NCBI GenBank assembly: GCA_045106975.1
Contig: JBGCFL010000026.1
Location: 23,590 to 87,589, forward strand
DNA length: 64,000 nucleotides
Reading direction: 5' to 3'
Origin: Ekhidna sp.
GTDB lineage: Bacteria; Bacteroidota; Bacteroidia; Cytophagales; Cyclobacteriaceae
A model generated the notes under the pieces. It saw only the letters and a list, made by a program, of their open reading frames with translations, searched no databases and was not told the origin of the DNA. The position numbers were made by a program, and so were the translations under genes. Every line of letters starts with the position of its first letter. Position 1 is the first letter of the stretch. Positions 53,751 through 62,680 of this stretch are shown piece by piece.

Positions 53751-56096
53751 ATGAAGAAATCCTTACTTTTTTTGGTCTGGTTATCAGTCTCATTAATGGC
53801 TAATAGTCAAAACACATCTGTAAAAATCACTGTAAAAGACAGTAATACAGGTAGATTAATTTCAGGAGCGAACGTATACATAGATAAGTTGGAAAAAGTG
53901 TTTGGAACGGATTCAAATGGAGAACTTGATTTGAGTGTCCCACCTGAAGGTTACAGCATTGCTATAAGTTATGTGGGTTATGAATCTCAGTTGGTGAACC
54001 TTAAAAATGATAAAACAAGAGTAAGGGTAATGTTGGTTTCAATGGGAACAGATTTGGAAGAGGTTGTGATTTCTAGTGTTCGTGCAGATAATAATGTAAA
54101 AAGTACAGATATCGGGAAGGATGTTCTTCAGTTAGAATCTATTAGGGATTTACCCCCATTAGCAGGTGAGATAGACATCATTAAGTCAATGGTCCTGCTA
54201 CCTGGTGTAAGTACCGTTGGGGAGGCTTCATCAGGTTTGAATGTTAGAGGGGGAGGGTTTGACCAAAATCTTGTTCTTCTTGGAGGTGGAGTTTTGTATA
54301 ACCCTAGCCACTTGTTTGGATTTTATTCATCTATTCTGCCTGAGGTTGTTGATAATATCACACTCTACAAAGGAGTTATTCCAGCACAGTTCGGAGGAAG
54401 AGCATCATCTGTGGTAGATATTAAATATAGAACAGGTGATTATAGTAAATGGGGGGGTGATGTTGGAATAGGTATGGTTTCCTCCAAAGCCACTTTGTCA
54501 GGGCCAATTGTAAAGGACAAACTAGCTCTTACTATTGGCGGCAGGGCATCTTACGTGGATTGGTTAATTTCATCTGCGAATGATGTTAGTGTGAGTAATA
54601 GTTCTGCCGACTTTTATGATATGTCGGCGAAATTAGATTATAATATGAATCTGAATAATACTCTGAGTTATTCATTTTATAAGAGTGGTGATCAATTTAA
54701 TCTAGCTTCAGATACAGTTAATCGTTGGAGTAATTTGAGTAATGTAGTTAACTGGAAACACGACTTTAGTGATAAGTTTTCAATGGAATTGTTGGGAACC
54801 CAAAACTTATACAATTTTGATATTTTGAATGAAACTGGGATTAATGATTTCAAGCTGGAATCTGAAGTAAGTGACAATTCAGCAAAAGTAAATTTCAATT
54901 ATGTTTTGGATGAAAGCAATAAATTTAAATTAGGTTCTGAATTAAGATACTATAATATTAATCCAGGAACTTTCAAATTAGATGAAAATAGTGACGAACA
55001 GTCTGTTCAAATTGAAAATGAAAAAGGACGTGAGCTATCCATGTATTTTTATAATACTAACAAGGTAAGCGAAAAGGTTGAGGTTAGTTATGGTGCTAGA
55101 ATAACACGATATAGTTATTTGGGAGAAAAGAGTGTCGTTGGTTATGAGAATTTCCTGCCAAGGAGTTTAACCTCAGCTGTTGACACTACTTTTTATGGTG
55201 AAAATGAGGTTATAAATTCGTATGATAGATTCGAGCCTAGATTCGGGATTAGATATTCTATTAACTCAACAACATCATTAAAGGCTGGATTCAATAGAAT
55301 GAATCAATTTATGCAGCTGGTTTCAAACACTGCGACTTTATCTCCGGTCAATGTTTGGAAATTAAGCAACGAGTATACTCCGCCACAACAAGCAACTCAA
55401 TATTCTTTGGGACTCTTTAAAAACTTCAAAAACAATGCATACGAAACCTCGATTGAGGTATACTACAAAGATATTCAAGATGTCATTGAGTATAAAGATG
55501 GAGCTCAGCTACTACTAAACCCTACCATAGAAACAGAATTATTATCTGGAGAAGGGAAAGCATATGGGGTTGAATTATTTTTTAAGAAAACGAAAGGTAG
55601 ATGGACTGGATGGGCTAGTTATACGTTTTCAAGAAGTTTAAGACTTGTAGAAGGAGCATTCTTTGAAACAAGTGTCAATAATGGAGAATGGTATCCTTCA
55701 AATTACGATAAACCTCATGATGTGACAATTGTAACCTCAAGAGAAACAGGTGATAATTCTAAATTTTCAGCTGTCTTTACATATAGTACTGGAAGACCGG
55801 TAACATATCCAACAGCAAAGTTCAAATACTTTGGAGAGGAGATTGCTTATTTTGATTCTAGAAATGAGAGTCGAATACCAGATTACCATAGGCTAGATGT
55901 ATCATACTCTTTTAAGGTAAAGTCACAATCTAAAATTTTGCAAGGAGATTGGACACTAGGTATTTATAATATTTATGGAAGAAACAATGCTTATTCCGTT
56001 TTCTTTGATGATGTAGAAGGTTCTGCTCCAGGAGCTTATAAATTAGCAGTACTAGACAGACCAATTCCCTCATTAAGTTATAATATTAAATTTTGA
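53751..56096 (+). CDS. TonB-dependent receptor with an N-terminal carboxypeptidase-regulatory-like domain
   Basis: 781 aa with a signal peptide, a CarboxypepD_reg-like segment (VKITVKDSNTGRLISGANVYI...GYESQ), a plug (GLNVRGGGFDQN) and a terminal aromatic residue (...YNIKF). Confidence 0.85.
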   Translation: MKKSLLFLVWLSVSLMANSQNTSVKITVKDSNTGRLISGANVYIDKLEKVFGTDSNGELDLSVPPEGYSIAISYVGYESQLVNLKNDKTRVRVMLVSMGTDLEEVVISSVRADNNVKSTDIGKDVLQLESIRDLPPLAGEIDIIKSMVLLPGVSTVGEASSGLNVRGGGFDQNLVLLGGGVLYNPSHLFGFYSSILPEVVDNITLYKGVIPAQFGGRASSVVDIKYRTGDYSKWGGDVGIGMVSSKATLSGPIVKDKLALTIGGRASYVDWLISSANDVSVSNSSADFYDMSAKLDYNMNLNNTLSYSFYKSGDQFNLASDTVNRWSNLSNVVNWKHDFSDKFSMELLGTQNLYNFDILNETGINDFKLESEVSDNSAKVNFNYVLDESNKFKLGSELRYYNINPGTFKLDENSDEQSVQIENEKGRELSMYFYNTNKVSEKVEVSYGARITRYSYLGEKSVVGYENFLPRSLTSAVDTTFYGENEVINSYDRFEPRFGIRYSINSTTSLKAGFNRMNQFMQLVSNTATLSPVNVWKLSNEYTPPQQATQYSLGLFKNFKNNAYETSIEVYYKDIQDVIEYKDGAQLLLNPTIETELLSGEGKAYGVELFFKKTKGRWTGWASYTFSRSLRLVEGAFFETSVNNGEWYPSNYDKPHDVTIVTSRETGDNSKFSAVFTYSTGRPVTYPTAKFKYFGEEIAYFDSRNESRIPDYHRLDVSYSFKVKSQSKILQGDWTLGIYNIYGRNNAYSVFFDDVEGSAPGAYKLAVLDRPIPSLSYNIKF

Positions 56097-56098
56097 TA

Positions 56099-57130
56099 AT
56101 GAAGAAGAGCTATTTGATTTTATTGGTAATTGCGTTTTCATGCGTTGAACCAATTGAGGTAGAAATTCCTGACGAGACTCCAAACCTTCTTGTGGTTGAG
56201 GGAGGAATTACTACAACTGAAGGCCCTCATCGGATTGAATTATCAAATACTGCCAAATATGGAAGTATTTTTGAAGGGTTTATTACTAGAGAAACAGGTG
56301 CAAGGGTTTCAATAAGAGATAATTTTGGCAAAGTTGAAATATTGACGGAAATTTTCGATGGCGTCTATGAAACTAGTAATGAATTCAAAGCAGTTGTTGG
56401 AAATTCTTACTCTTTACAGATATTAACTAGATCAGGAACTGAATATTTCTCAACTCCAGAGGAAGTTGTTAAGGTGGCAGAAATAGATTCTCTATCTGTT
56501 TCGTTTGAAGAAAAAATCTCATCAAATCCTTTGCAGCCGACAACTGGAATTCAGGTTTACGCTAATTTTTCTGATGACGTAGACGAAAGTAATTACTATT
56601 TATGGAGGTACACTGGGGTGTTTCAGGTCAACGCTAATCCCGAATTAAATCTTGACCCTGAAACAGGAGCTCTAGCCCCATTGGATTGTTGTGAGACTTG
56701 TTGGGCAAGAGAATTTGGCATAGCACCTAATATCTTTAGTGATAGAGCTAATAATGGAGATAAGATTACACGACCAGTGGCCTTTATTGAGGATGATGGA
56801 GTTAGGTTCGGAGATAAATATTTGGTAGTTCTCAGTCAATTATCTGTGACATCAAAAGCGTATGATTTTTTGCAGTTGGTTGAGCAACAGTTAAATATTA
56901 AAGGAGACATTTTTGACCCACCACCTGCGACTGTTCGAGGAAATATCATTAATTTGGATAATCCAAATGAAAGTGTAATTGGATATTTCAGAGCTTCAGA
57001 TGTAAGAATAGATTCAATTTTTATTGAAAGAAAATCGTATTCTGAGTTTGTGACGCCAGCAGTAATAAGAGGTGACTGTAGAAATTATACTCCTAATGCT
57101 ACTACTGATAAACCAAGTTTTTGGTTTTAA
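56099..57130 (+). CDS. DUF4249-like lipoprotein (usual partner of this TBDR class)
   Basis: 343 aa from ATG 56099 with lipobox AFSC. The N-terminal pattern C.EPIEVEIPDETPNLLVVEGGIT and the position after a TBDR match my recollection of DUF4249. Confidence 0.55.
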   Translation: MKKSYLILLVIAFSCVEPIEVEIPDETPNLLVVEGGITTTEGPHRIELSNTAKYGSIFEGFITRETGARVSIRDNFGKVEILTEIFDGVYETSNEFKAVVGNSYSLQILTRSGTEYFSTPEEVVKVAEIDSLSVSFEEKISSNPLQPTTGIQVYANFSDDVDESNYYLWRYTGVFQVNANPELNLDPETGALAPLDCCETCWAREFGIAPNIFSDRANNGDKITRPVAFIEDDGVRFGDKYLVVLSQLSVTSKAYDFLQLVEQQLNIKGDIFDPPPATVRGNIINLDNPNESVIGYFRASDVRIDSIFIERKSYSEFVTPAVIRGDCRNYTPNATTDKPSFWF

Positions 57131-57141
57131 ATACATTAATT

Positions 57142-57840
57142 ATGATAAGAAAAATTTTAAGTATTTGCTTTTTTTTCTATATGGTTTTTCTCTCTTCTGA
57201 ATCATACAGTCAAGTAAACCAGAACCAATCTTCAAATAGTCAGGTAATTGGAACAAATTTGAACCCAAGTTCATCTTTAATAGCACAAAAACCATTCGAA
57301 AAGGGAATAGAGGGAAGCCCATTTCTTTTGGAGGATTGGGCAGATGGTAGAGTATACCTAAACGATGGAAAGAAAATGTTTGAAACACAAAAACTGAATT
57401 ATAATGTTAGAGATGATCGTTTAAAAGTTCTGGTTGGTGAAGGTTTCGTAGATATTTTCGGATCAAATGTCAATTCATTTGTAATCAGAGAGGGTCAAAA
57501 CGAGAGAAAATTTGTTTCATCATCTGAATATAATCTAGATAATAATTCTAAGGAAAAAGGTTTTTTCGAAGTGTTGTATGAAGGAGAGGCGTGTCAACTT
57601 GTCGAACATCACTATATATATTTGAAGAGAGCAACTTATAATCAAGCCTTAATGGTAGGTGAGGAGAATGATAAAATAATGGTTAAGTCAAACTTCTTCT
57701 ATGTAAACAATGAGGGTAATGTTTCTGAGTTAAGAAAATTTAAGGACTTAAAAAAAATTGTTGGATCAGATATCGCTACAAAAAAAATCTCTATGAATAA
57801 AGAAGAATTAATGAGTTTCTTTATTTCAAAAGAACTTTAG
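57142..57840 (+). CDS. hypothetical secreted protein
   Basis: 232 aa from ATG 57142 with a signal peptide (ICFFFYMVFLSSESYSQ). No motif recognised. Confidence 0.5.
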   Translation: MIRKILSICFFFYMVFLSSESYSQVNQNQSSNSQVIGTNLNPSSSLIAQKPFEKGIEGSPFLLEDWADGRVYLNDGKKMFETQKLNYNVRDDRLKVLVGEGFVDIFGSNVNSFVIREGQNERKFVSSSEYNLDNNSKEKGFFEVLYEGEACQLVEHHYIYLKRATYNQALMVGEENDKIMVKSNFFYVNNEGNVSELRKFKDLKKIVGSDIATKKISMNKEELMSFFISKEL

Positions 57841-57853
57841 TTAAATATTTGAA

Positions 57854-58276
57854 ATGATTCTAGTCTCTAGAAAGGAGCATTTCAATGCTGCTCATAAGCT
57901 TTACAATCCTAATTGGTCGGAAGAAAAGAATCATCAAATTTACGGGCCTTGCGCCAATGAAAATTGGCATGGTCACAATTTCGAGTTGATAGTGACTCTG
58001 AAAGGAAACATCGATCCTGACACAGGCTTCTTGGTTGATCTGAAGAAATTAAGTCTGCTTATCAAGGCTGAAATACTTGATCAGGTGGATCACAAAAACT
58101 TGAACCTTGATGTTTCCTTTATGATAGGGAAAATGGCAAGTTGTGAAAATCTTATCTTTGAGTTTTGGAAATTATTATTTCCTAAAATAGAAGAAGAATT
58201 CCCTAATGCTACTTTATATCAACTTAGACTTTATGAAACTCCGAGAAACTTTGTTGACTATTTTGGAGAAGCATGA
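57854..58276 (+). CDS. queD: 6-carboxytetrahydropterin / 6-pyruvoyltetrahydropterin synthase family (COG0720) protein
   Basis: 140 aa with FNAAHKL and the zinc/active-site block GPCANENWHGHNF. This reads as C-x5-HGH with an embedded E-x2-HGH. Confidence 0.8.
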   Translation: MILVSRKEHFNAAHKLYNPNWSEEKNHQIYGPCANENWHGHNFELIVTLKGNIDPDTGFLVDLKKLSLLIKAEILDQVDHKNLNLDVSFMIGKMASCENLIFEFWKLLFPKIEEEFPNATLYQLRLYETPRNFVDYFGEA

Positions 58277-59106
58277 GGTATGCAATCTACTCAGAAGACA
58301 AAATTGACTATCAAATTGGTCTAATTTTAAAAAAGGAAATTGAAAGATTTGATGTAAGGTCATCTGTTTCCTTAGAGCGTTACTCCACTGAGCTTACTAG
58401 TGATCATGTAGATGCAGTTATTTTCATTGGTGTATCTCTACCAAGAAAAAAAGTGTTCTCAATTCCCCACTACTTTTTATACATGTCTTATAGAGATAAT
58501 GTAAGGGGAATTAAATTTAGTAGGAGCCTTAAAGTAATCACTGATTTAAATAGCAATACTACTGAAGAAGTAGAGGGGAGTCCTCTCTTTGATTTATTTA
58601 GAAATAAATCTTTAAGTAACGAATTTCAAAATAAGAAACCGTACATTCTCATTTTGAAGCGAGGGCTTAAGTCTGTGGACAAAAAATTATATATACTTCG
58701 GAAAACTTTTAAGAGTAATTATAGTAATCATGATATTATGCTGAGCAGTGTTGATGATGTTTTGGAAAATCCTCATGCAGTAAAAGAGGCAAGTGCAGCT
58801 GTCACCTCTTGTGCCTTAGGTGAGATGTTAGCTTTACATTATAATGTTCCCTTTGTTCGCTTAACCAGAAAGCCCTTCTTTAGTTCAATAGAAAAATCTA
58901 TTTTGAATTTGGTGGCAGGAAGAACTATTGTTAAACAATTTCCCTTGAAAAGCAAGGAAAAAATAATCGATGAGATAAATAAGTGCTTAAACGATCATCA
59001 ATACAATGCTTCTTTAATGTTTGAGTTTCAAACATTAAAGGAAAGGGTATCAAGACCAATGATTAGAAATTTCGCTAAAAAAATTGTCGAATCTTTAGAA
59101 TACTAA
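58273..59106 (+). CDS. divergent, shortened LpxB-like (GT19) protein
   Basis: The C-terminal half aligns by eye with E. coli LpxB ([30 protein letters not shown]...[14 protein letters not shown] versus [32 protein letters not shown]...LPNLLAGRELVKEL). The N-terminal GE-SGD motif is replaced by SEDKID. It has 277 aa; E. coli LpxB, as I recall its sequence, is about 100 aa longer. Confidence 0.5.
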   Translation: MRYAIYSEDKIDYQIGLILKKEIERFDVRSSVSLERYSTELTSDHVDAVIFIGVSLPRKKVFSIPHYFLYMSYRDNVRGIKFSRSLKVITDLNSNTTEEVEGSPLFDLFRNKSLSNEFQNKKPYILILKRGLKSVDKKLYILRKTFKSNYSNHDIMLSSVDDVLENPHAVKEASAAVTSCALGEMLALHYNVPFVRLTRKPFFSSIEKSILNLVAGRTIVKQFPLKSKEKIIDEINKCLNDHQYNASLMFEFQTLKERVSRPMIRNFAKKIVESLEY

Positions 59107-60332
59107 GCCGCTTTTAACTTGTTGAATTTAGATTTTTCAAATTTTTCAGTCGCATACTCTCTTGATATGACCATTTCCTTTACTTCCTTATTGGAAGGTA
59201 ACTCGAACATGGCATCTGTTACTATTGCTTCACATATAGATCGCAGGCCTCTAGCTCCCAAACTAAACTCCATAGCTTTTTCTACTATATAGGACAAAGC
59301 CCCATCTTCAAACTCTAACCTCACGTCTTCCATGTCAAATAACTTAGTGTACTGCTTAATTAATGCATTCTTAGGTTGAGTAAGAATTTGCTTTAGAGCA
59401 CTTTCATCCAGTGGATCAAGATGTGTTAAAACAGGCAATCGGCCAATCAATTCAGGAATAAGCCCAAAGCTTTTAATGTCCTGTGCAGTGATATACTGTA
59501 GGAGGTTATCCTTATCAATAACTCCTGACATAAAATCATTCTCATTAGAGAATCCTATTGGTTTTGTATTTAAACGATTGGCAATATGTCTTTCTATACC
59601 GTCAAAAGCACCGCCACAAATAAATAGGATATTCTCGGTGTTAACATTGATCATTTTTTGATCAGGATGTTTTCTTCCTCCTTGAGGTGGAACATTAACT
59701 GTTGTTCCCTCCAACAGTTTTAGCAAAGCTTGCTGCACACCTTCACCACTTACATCTCTTGTGATGGATGGATTGTCAGATTTACGAGCAATTTTGTCTA
59801 TTTCATCAATATAAACGATACCTCTTTCAGCTTGATCAACTTCATAATTGGCGCTTTGTAATAGTCGAGTAAGAATGCTTTCGACATCTTCACCAACATA
59901 TCCTGCTTCAGTTAAAACTGTAGCATCAGCAATGCAAAATGGGACTTGTAATATTTTAGCTAATGTTTTAGCCAAATACGTTTTACCTGTCCCAGTCTGC
60001 CCTACCATAATGATATTTGATTTTTCAATCATAATATCATCCTTGTCATCAGTCTGCATCAATCTTTTATAATGGTTGTATACAGCAACCGACATGAATT
60101 TTTTGGCGTCATCTTGGCCAATTACAAACTCATCTAAATGAGCTTTCATGTCTACTGGCTTTATTAATTTAAAGTTAGGCGACTCGTTATCAGGTGTAGC
60201 TTTGAGTTCTTCATTCAAAATTTGCTGAGCTTGAGCTATGCATTTATCACAGATGTGAGCATGAATCCCCGAAATCATCAGGTCTACATCTTTCTTATTC
60301 CTCCCACAAAAACTACAAGTAACTTGCGCCAT
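59103..60332 (-). CDS. clpX: ATP-dependent Clp protease ATP-binding subunit ClpX
   Basis: Zinc finger [11 protein letters not shown]...HICDKC and Walker A GQTGTGKT; 409 aa. Confidence 0.97.
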   Translation of the reverse strand: MAQVTCSFCGRNKKDVDLMISGIHAHICDKCIAQAQQILNEELKATPDNESPNFKLIKPVDMKAHLDEFVIGQDDAKKFMSVAVYNHYKRLMQTDDKDDIMIEKSNIIMVGQTGTGKTYLAKTLAKILQVPFCIADATVLTEAGYVGEDVESILTRLLQSANYEVDQAERGIVYIDEIDKIARKSDNPSITRDVSGEGVQQALLKLLEGTTVNVPPQGGRKHPDQKMINVNTENILFICGGAFDGIERHIANRLNTKPIGFSNENDFMSGVIDKDNLLQYITAQDIKSFGLIPELIGRLPVLTHLDPLDESALKQILTQPKNALIKQYTKLFDMEDVRLEFEDGALSYIVEKAMEFSLGARGLRSICEAIVTDAMFELPSNKEVKEMVISREYATEKFEKSKFNKLKAA

Positions 60333-60334
60333 AA

Positions 60335-61003
60335 TTATTTTTTTATCAATACTTCGTCAATAAGACCATACTCTTTCGCTTCGGCCGCTCTCATCCAGTA
60401 ATCTCGGTCAGAATCCTTTTCGATTTCTTTGTAATCTTTACCAGAATGCTTTGAAAGTATACCATAAAGATCTTTTCTGAGTTCCTGCATTTGTTTCAAA
60501 GTGATCTCCATATCCCTTGATTGACCCTGCATTCCACCACTCGGTTGGTGAATCATTATTCTTGCATGAGGCAAAGCCGATCGTTTACCTTCAGCTCCTC
60601 CAGATAAAAGTACTGCCCCCATAGATGCAGCCATGCCTGTACAAATAGTTGCAACATCAGGATTTACATATTGCATGGTATCATACATGCCTAGCCCAGC
60701 GTATACAGATCCTCCAGGGCTGTTTATATAAAGCAAAATGTCTTTTTTGGAATCTACTGATTCTAGGAACAAAAGTTGAGCGGTAATTATATTCCCAATA
60801 TTTTCTTCCACTTGCGTTCCAAGAAAGATAATCCTATCCATGATTAATCGTGAAAAGACATCAATTTCGCGAAAGTTAGTTGGACGTTCTTCAATCACAG
60901 CTCGCGTCATATTTTCAACATGCTGGACATAACTATCAAAGGCAGTTCCGCTTATATTTTGATCCTTAACGGCAAATTTTCTTAGTTCTTCAGTATTTAT
61001 CAT
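60335..61003 (-). CDS. clpP: ATP-dependent Clp protease proteolytic subunit
   Basis: INSPGGSV, the active-site context GMAASMGA and IMIHQP; 222 aa with a long N-terminus. Confidence 0.95.
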   Translation of the reverse strand: MINTEELRKFAVKDQNISGTAFDSYVQHVENMTRAVIEERPTNFREIDVFSRLIMDRIIFLGTQVEENIGNIITAQLLFLESVDSKKDILLYINSPGGSVYAGLGMYDTMQYVNPDVATICTGMAASMGAVLLSGGAEGKRSALPHARIMIHQPSGGMQGQSRDMEITLKQMQELRKDLYGILSKHSGKDYKEIEKDSDRDYWMRAAEAKEYGLIDEVLIKK

Positions 61004-61032
61004 TAGTATAAGTTAAAGAATGGATGTAAAAA

Positions 61033-61060
61033 TAAAAAAAAGTCCTGCTTCACAGGACTC
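61033..61060 (-). terminator. rho-independent terminator after tig
   Basis: On the minus strand the stem agtcctg / caggact with a 5-nt loop is followed by a run of 8 T. Confidence 0.6.
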
Positions 61061-61108
61061 TTTATAACTTATTTAGATTTTGTTTGGTTCAACAAAGCTT
61101 GTTGGTAA

Positions 61109-62428
61109 TTAGAGTTTTCTAAAGTCATCCAACGAAACAACTTTGTCTTTTACTGTTACTTCACCTTTTATGTAATCAAGAACTCTTTGATTTTGAACTT
61201 GATTAAAAACTTTCATATAGTTTTCACCATTTTCAGCCTGAAGGTAGTTTTGAGCGAATGTATCCATTTGATCATTCATTTGGTCTCCCAACCCAGAACC
61301 CATGAATTGTTTTTTGATAAGCTCTTTCGCTTCATTTACAACATCCTCATTTTCAACCTTAATGTCTTGATCTTTTACAATTTTATTTCTCACAAGAGAC
61401 CATTTCAACTCTTTAGAATACATGCCGTATTCCATATCAATCATGTCTTGGTTAATCTTGTCATTAGTCTTGAGTAACCAGCTTTTCAGAAAATTATCCG
61501 GGAGGTTGATTTTCGCAGAATCAGAAAGTTTTTCTCTTAATTGATGCTCAAAAAAGTTCACAGATTCACTTTCATAATTTTTTGATACTGCTTCTTTTAC
61601 CTTCAGTCTAAATTCCGTTTCATCTTTTACAGAGTCTTTCCCGAAAGTTTTATCAAATAGTTCCTGATCTACTGGAGCTAAAATATGGTGGTTTACTGCC
61701 TTAAGAGTGAAATTAAGTTTACCCTTTATTTTTTTCAATTCATCATCATCAATTCTTAGCTGACTCTTAAGAACATTGTCATGTTTGAATGATTTTTTAG
61801 GATCAAGTTCTACTTCTGTTTCGAGTTTAATACCGATAAGTTTCTTCAGCGTAGATTTTTCTACGTCCTTAAGGTCGATACTGATTTCTTGATCAATTGA
61901 CCCATCCTTTGATTTAACTGCTCCATATAGAATGTCATTTTCTGCACTTACATCTGGATTCTCAGTTTCTCCAAATTGTCGTTGGAGGTTTTCAATTGTT
62001 TCGTCAAGGACTTGATCATCTACTTTGATTTCGTATTTCTCAAGTTTCACCTTTTTATCCGCTTTGATTTCAAATGGTTCAGCAAAACCTATTTCATATC
62101 CAAAATCGAATTGCTCATCATTATCCCAATCAAAAACCTTGTCTGTAGATTCAGGCATAGGCTCTCCCAAGAATTGAGTATCACTTTCTCTAAGGAAAGA
62201 GTTAAGCTTCTCAGAAACTAGTTTGTTGATTTCATCTACGATCAAAGACTGACCGTACATTTTTTTAATCATACCAGTAGGCACTTTACCCTTACGAAAG
62301 CCCTTGATATCGGCAGTCTTACTGTACTGTTTGATTTTTTGATCCACTCCAGGTTGAAAATCAGCTCGCTTTACGCTAATTTTAATTACACCTTCGGTTT
62401 TTCCAGATTTGTCAAATTTTATGTCCAA
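61109..62428 (-). CDS. tig: trigger factor
   Basis: 439 aa from a TTG start at 62428 (LDIKFDKSGKTEGVIKISVKRADF...). The longer track ORF runs through tRNA-Leu. The ribosome-binding motif GFRKGKVP is present. Confidence 0.85.
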   Translation of the reverse strand: MDIKFDKSGKTEGVIKISVKRADFQPGVDQKIKQYSKTADIKGFRKGKVPTGMIKKMYGQSLIVDEINKLVSEKLNSFLRESDTQFLGEPMPESTDKVFDWDNDEQFDFGYEIGFAEPFEIKADKKVKLEKYEIKVDDQVLDETIENLQRQFGETENPDVSAENDILYGAVKSKDGSIDQEISIDLKDVEKSTLKKLIGIKLETEVELDPKKSFKHDNVLKSQLRIDDDELKKIKGKLNFTLKAVNHHILAPVDQELFDKTFGKDSVKDETEFRLKVKEAVSKNYESESVNFFEHQLREKLSDSAKINLPDNFLKSWLLKTNDKINQDMIDMEYGMYSKELKWSLVRNKIVKDQDIKVENEDVVNEAKELIKKQFMGSGLGDQMNDQMDTFAQNYLQAENGENYMKVFNQVQNQRVLDYIKGEVTVKDKVVSLDDFRKL

Positions 62429-62502
62429 AGTACTAATGTTTGGTGTGTATAAAATAAAAACCCTCTTACACGAAATAACTCGGAAAGAGGGTTGTTTTAA
62501 AG

Positions 62503-62584
62503 TGCGGATGGAGGGACTCGAACCCCCATGCCTCGCGGCGCTAGATCCTAAGTCTAGTGCGTCTACCAATTTCGCCACATCCGC
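62503..62584 (-). tRNA. tRNA-Leu (anticodon TAG)
   Basis: The reverse complement GCGGATGTGGCGAAATTGGTAGACGCACTAGACTTAGGATCTAGCGCCGCGAGGCATGGGGGTTCGAGTCCCTCCATCCGCA is an 82-nt class II tRNA with a long variable arm and anticodon loop CTTAGGA. Confidence 0.93.
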
Positions 62585-62628
62585 AGTATTCTCTTCAAAA
62601 GCTTTCTTAATTAGAGAAAATCGGAGCG

Positions 62629-62636
62629 CAAATGTA
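62629..62636 (-). promoter_or_regulatory. candidate -7 box (TAcaTTTG) for the tRNA-Leu / tig transcription unit
   Basis: The reverse complement of caaatgta matches TAnnTTTG and lies 45 nt upstream of the tRNA 5' end. Confidence 0.35.
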
Positions 62637-62680
62637 GAAAATATTTTTAATTTAAAAGAGAGAATTTAGAATAATAATAG

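Noticed and set aside
57841-57853. A preQ1 riboswitch upstream of the queD-like gene (and likewise upstream of queE at 43430)
   Set aside because: Only 13 nt separate the queD-like gene from the preceding stop, and queE overlaps folD. There is no room for an aptamer.
61109-62578. The full 489-aa track ORF taken as trigger factor
   Set aside because: Its first ~50 codons run straight through the tRNA-Leu gene (62503-62584) on the same strand. Homology to trigger factor begins at LDIKFDK, so I use the TTG start at 62428 instead.
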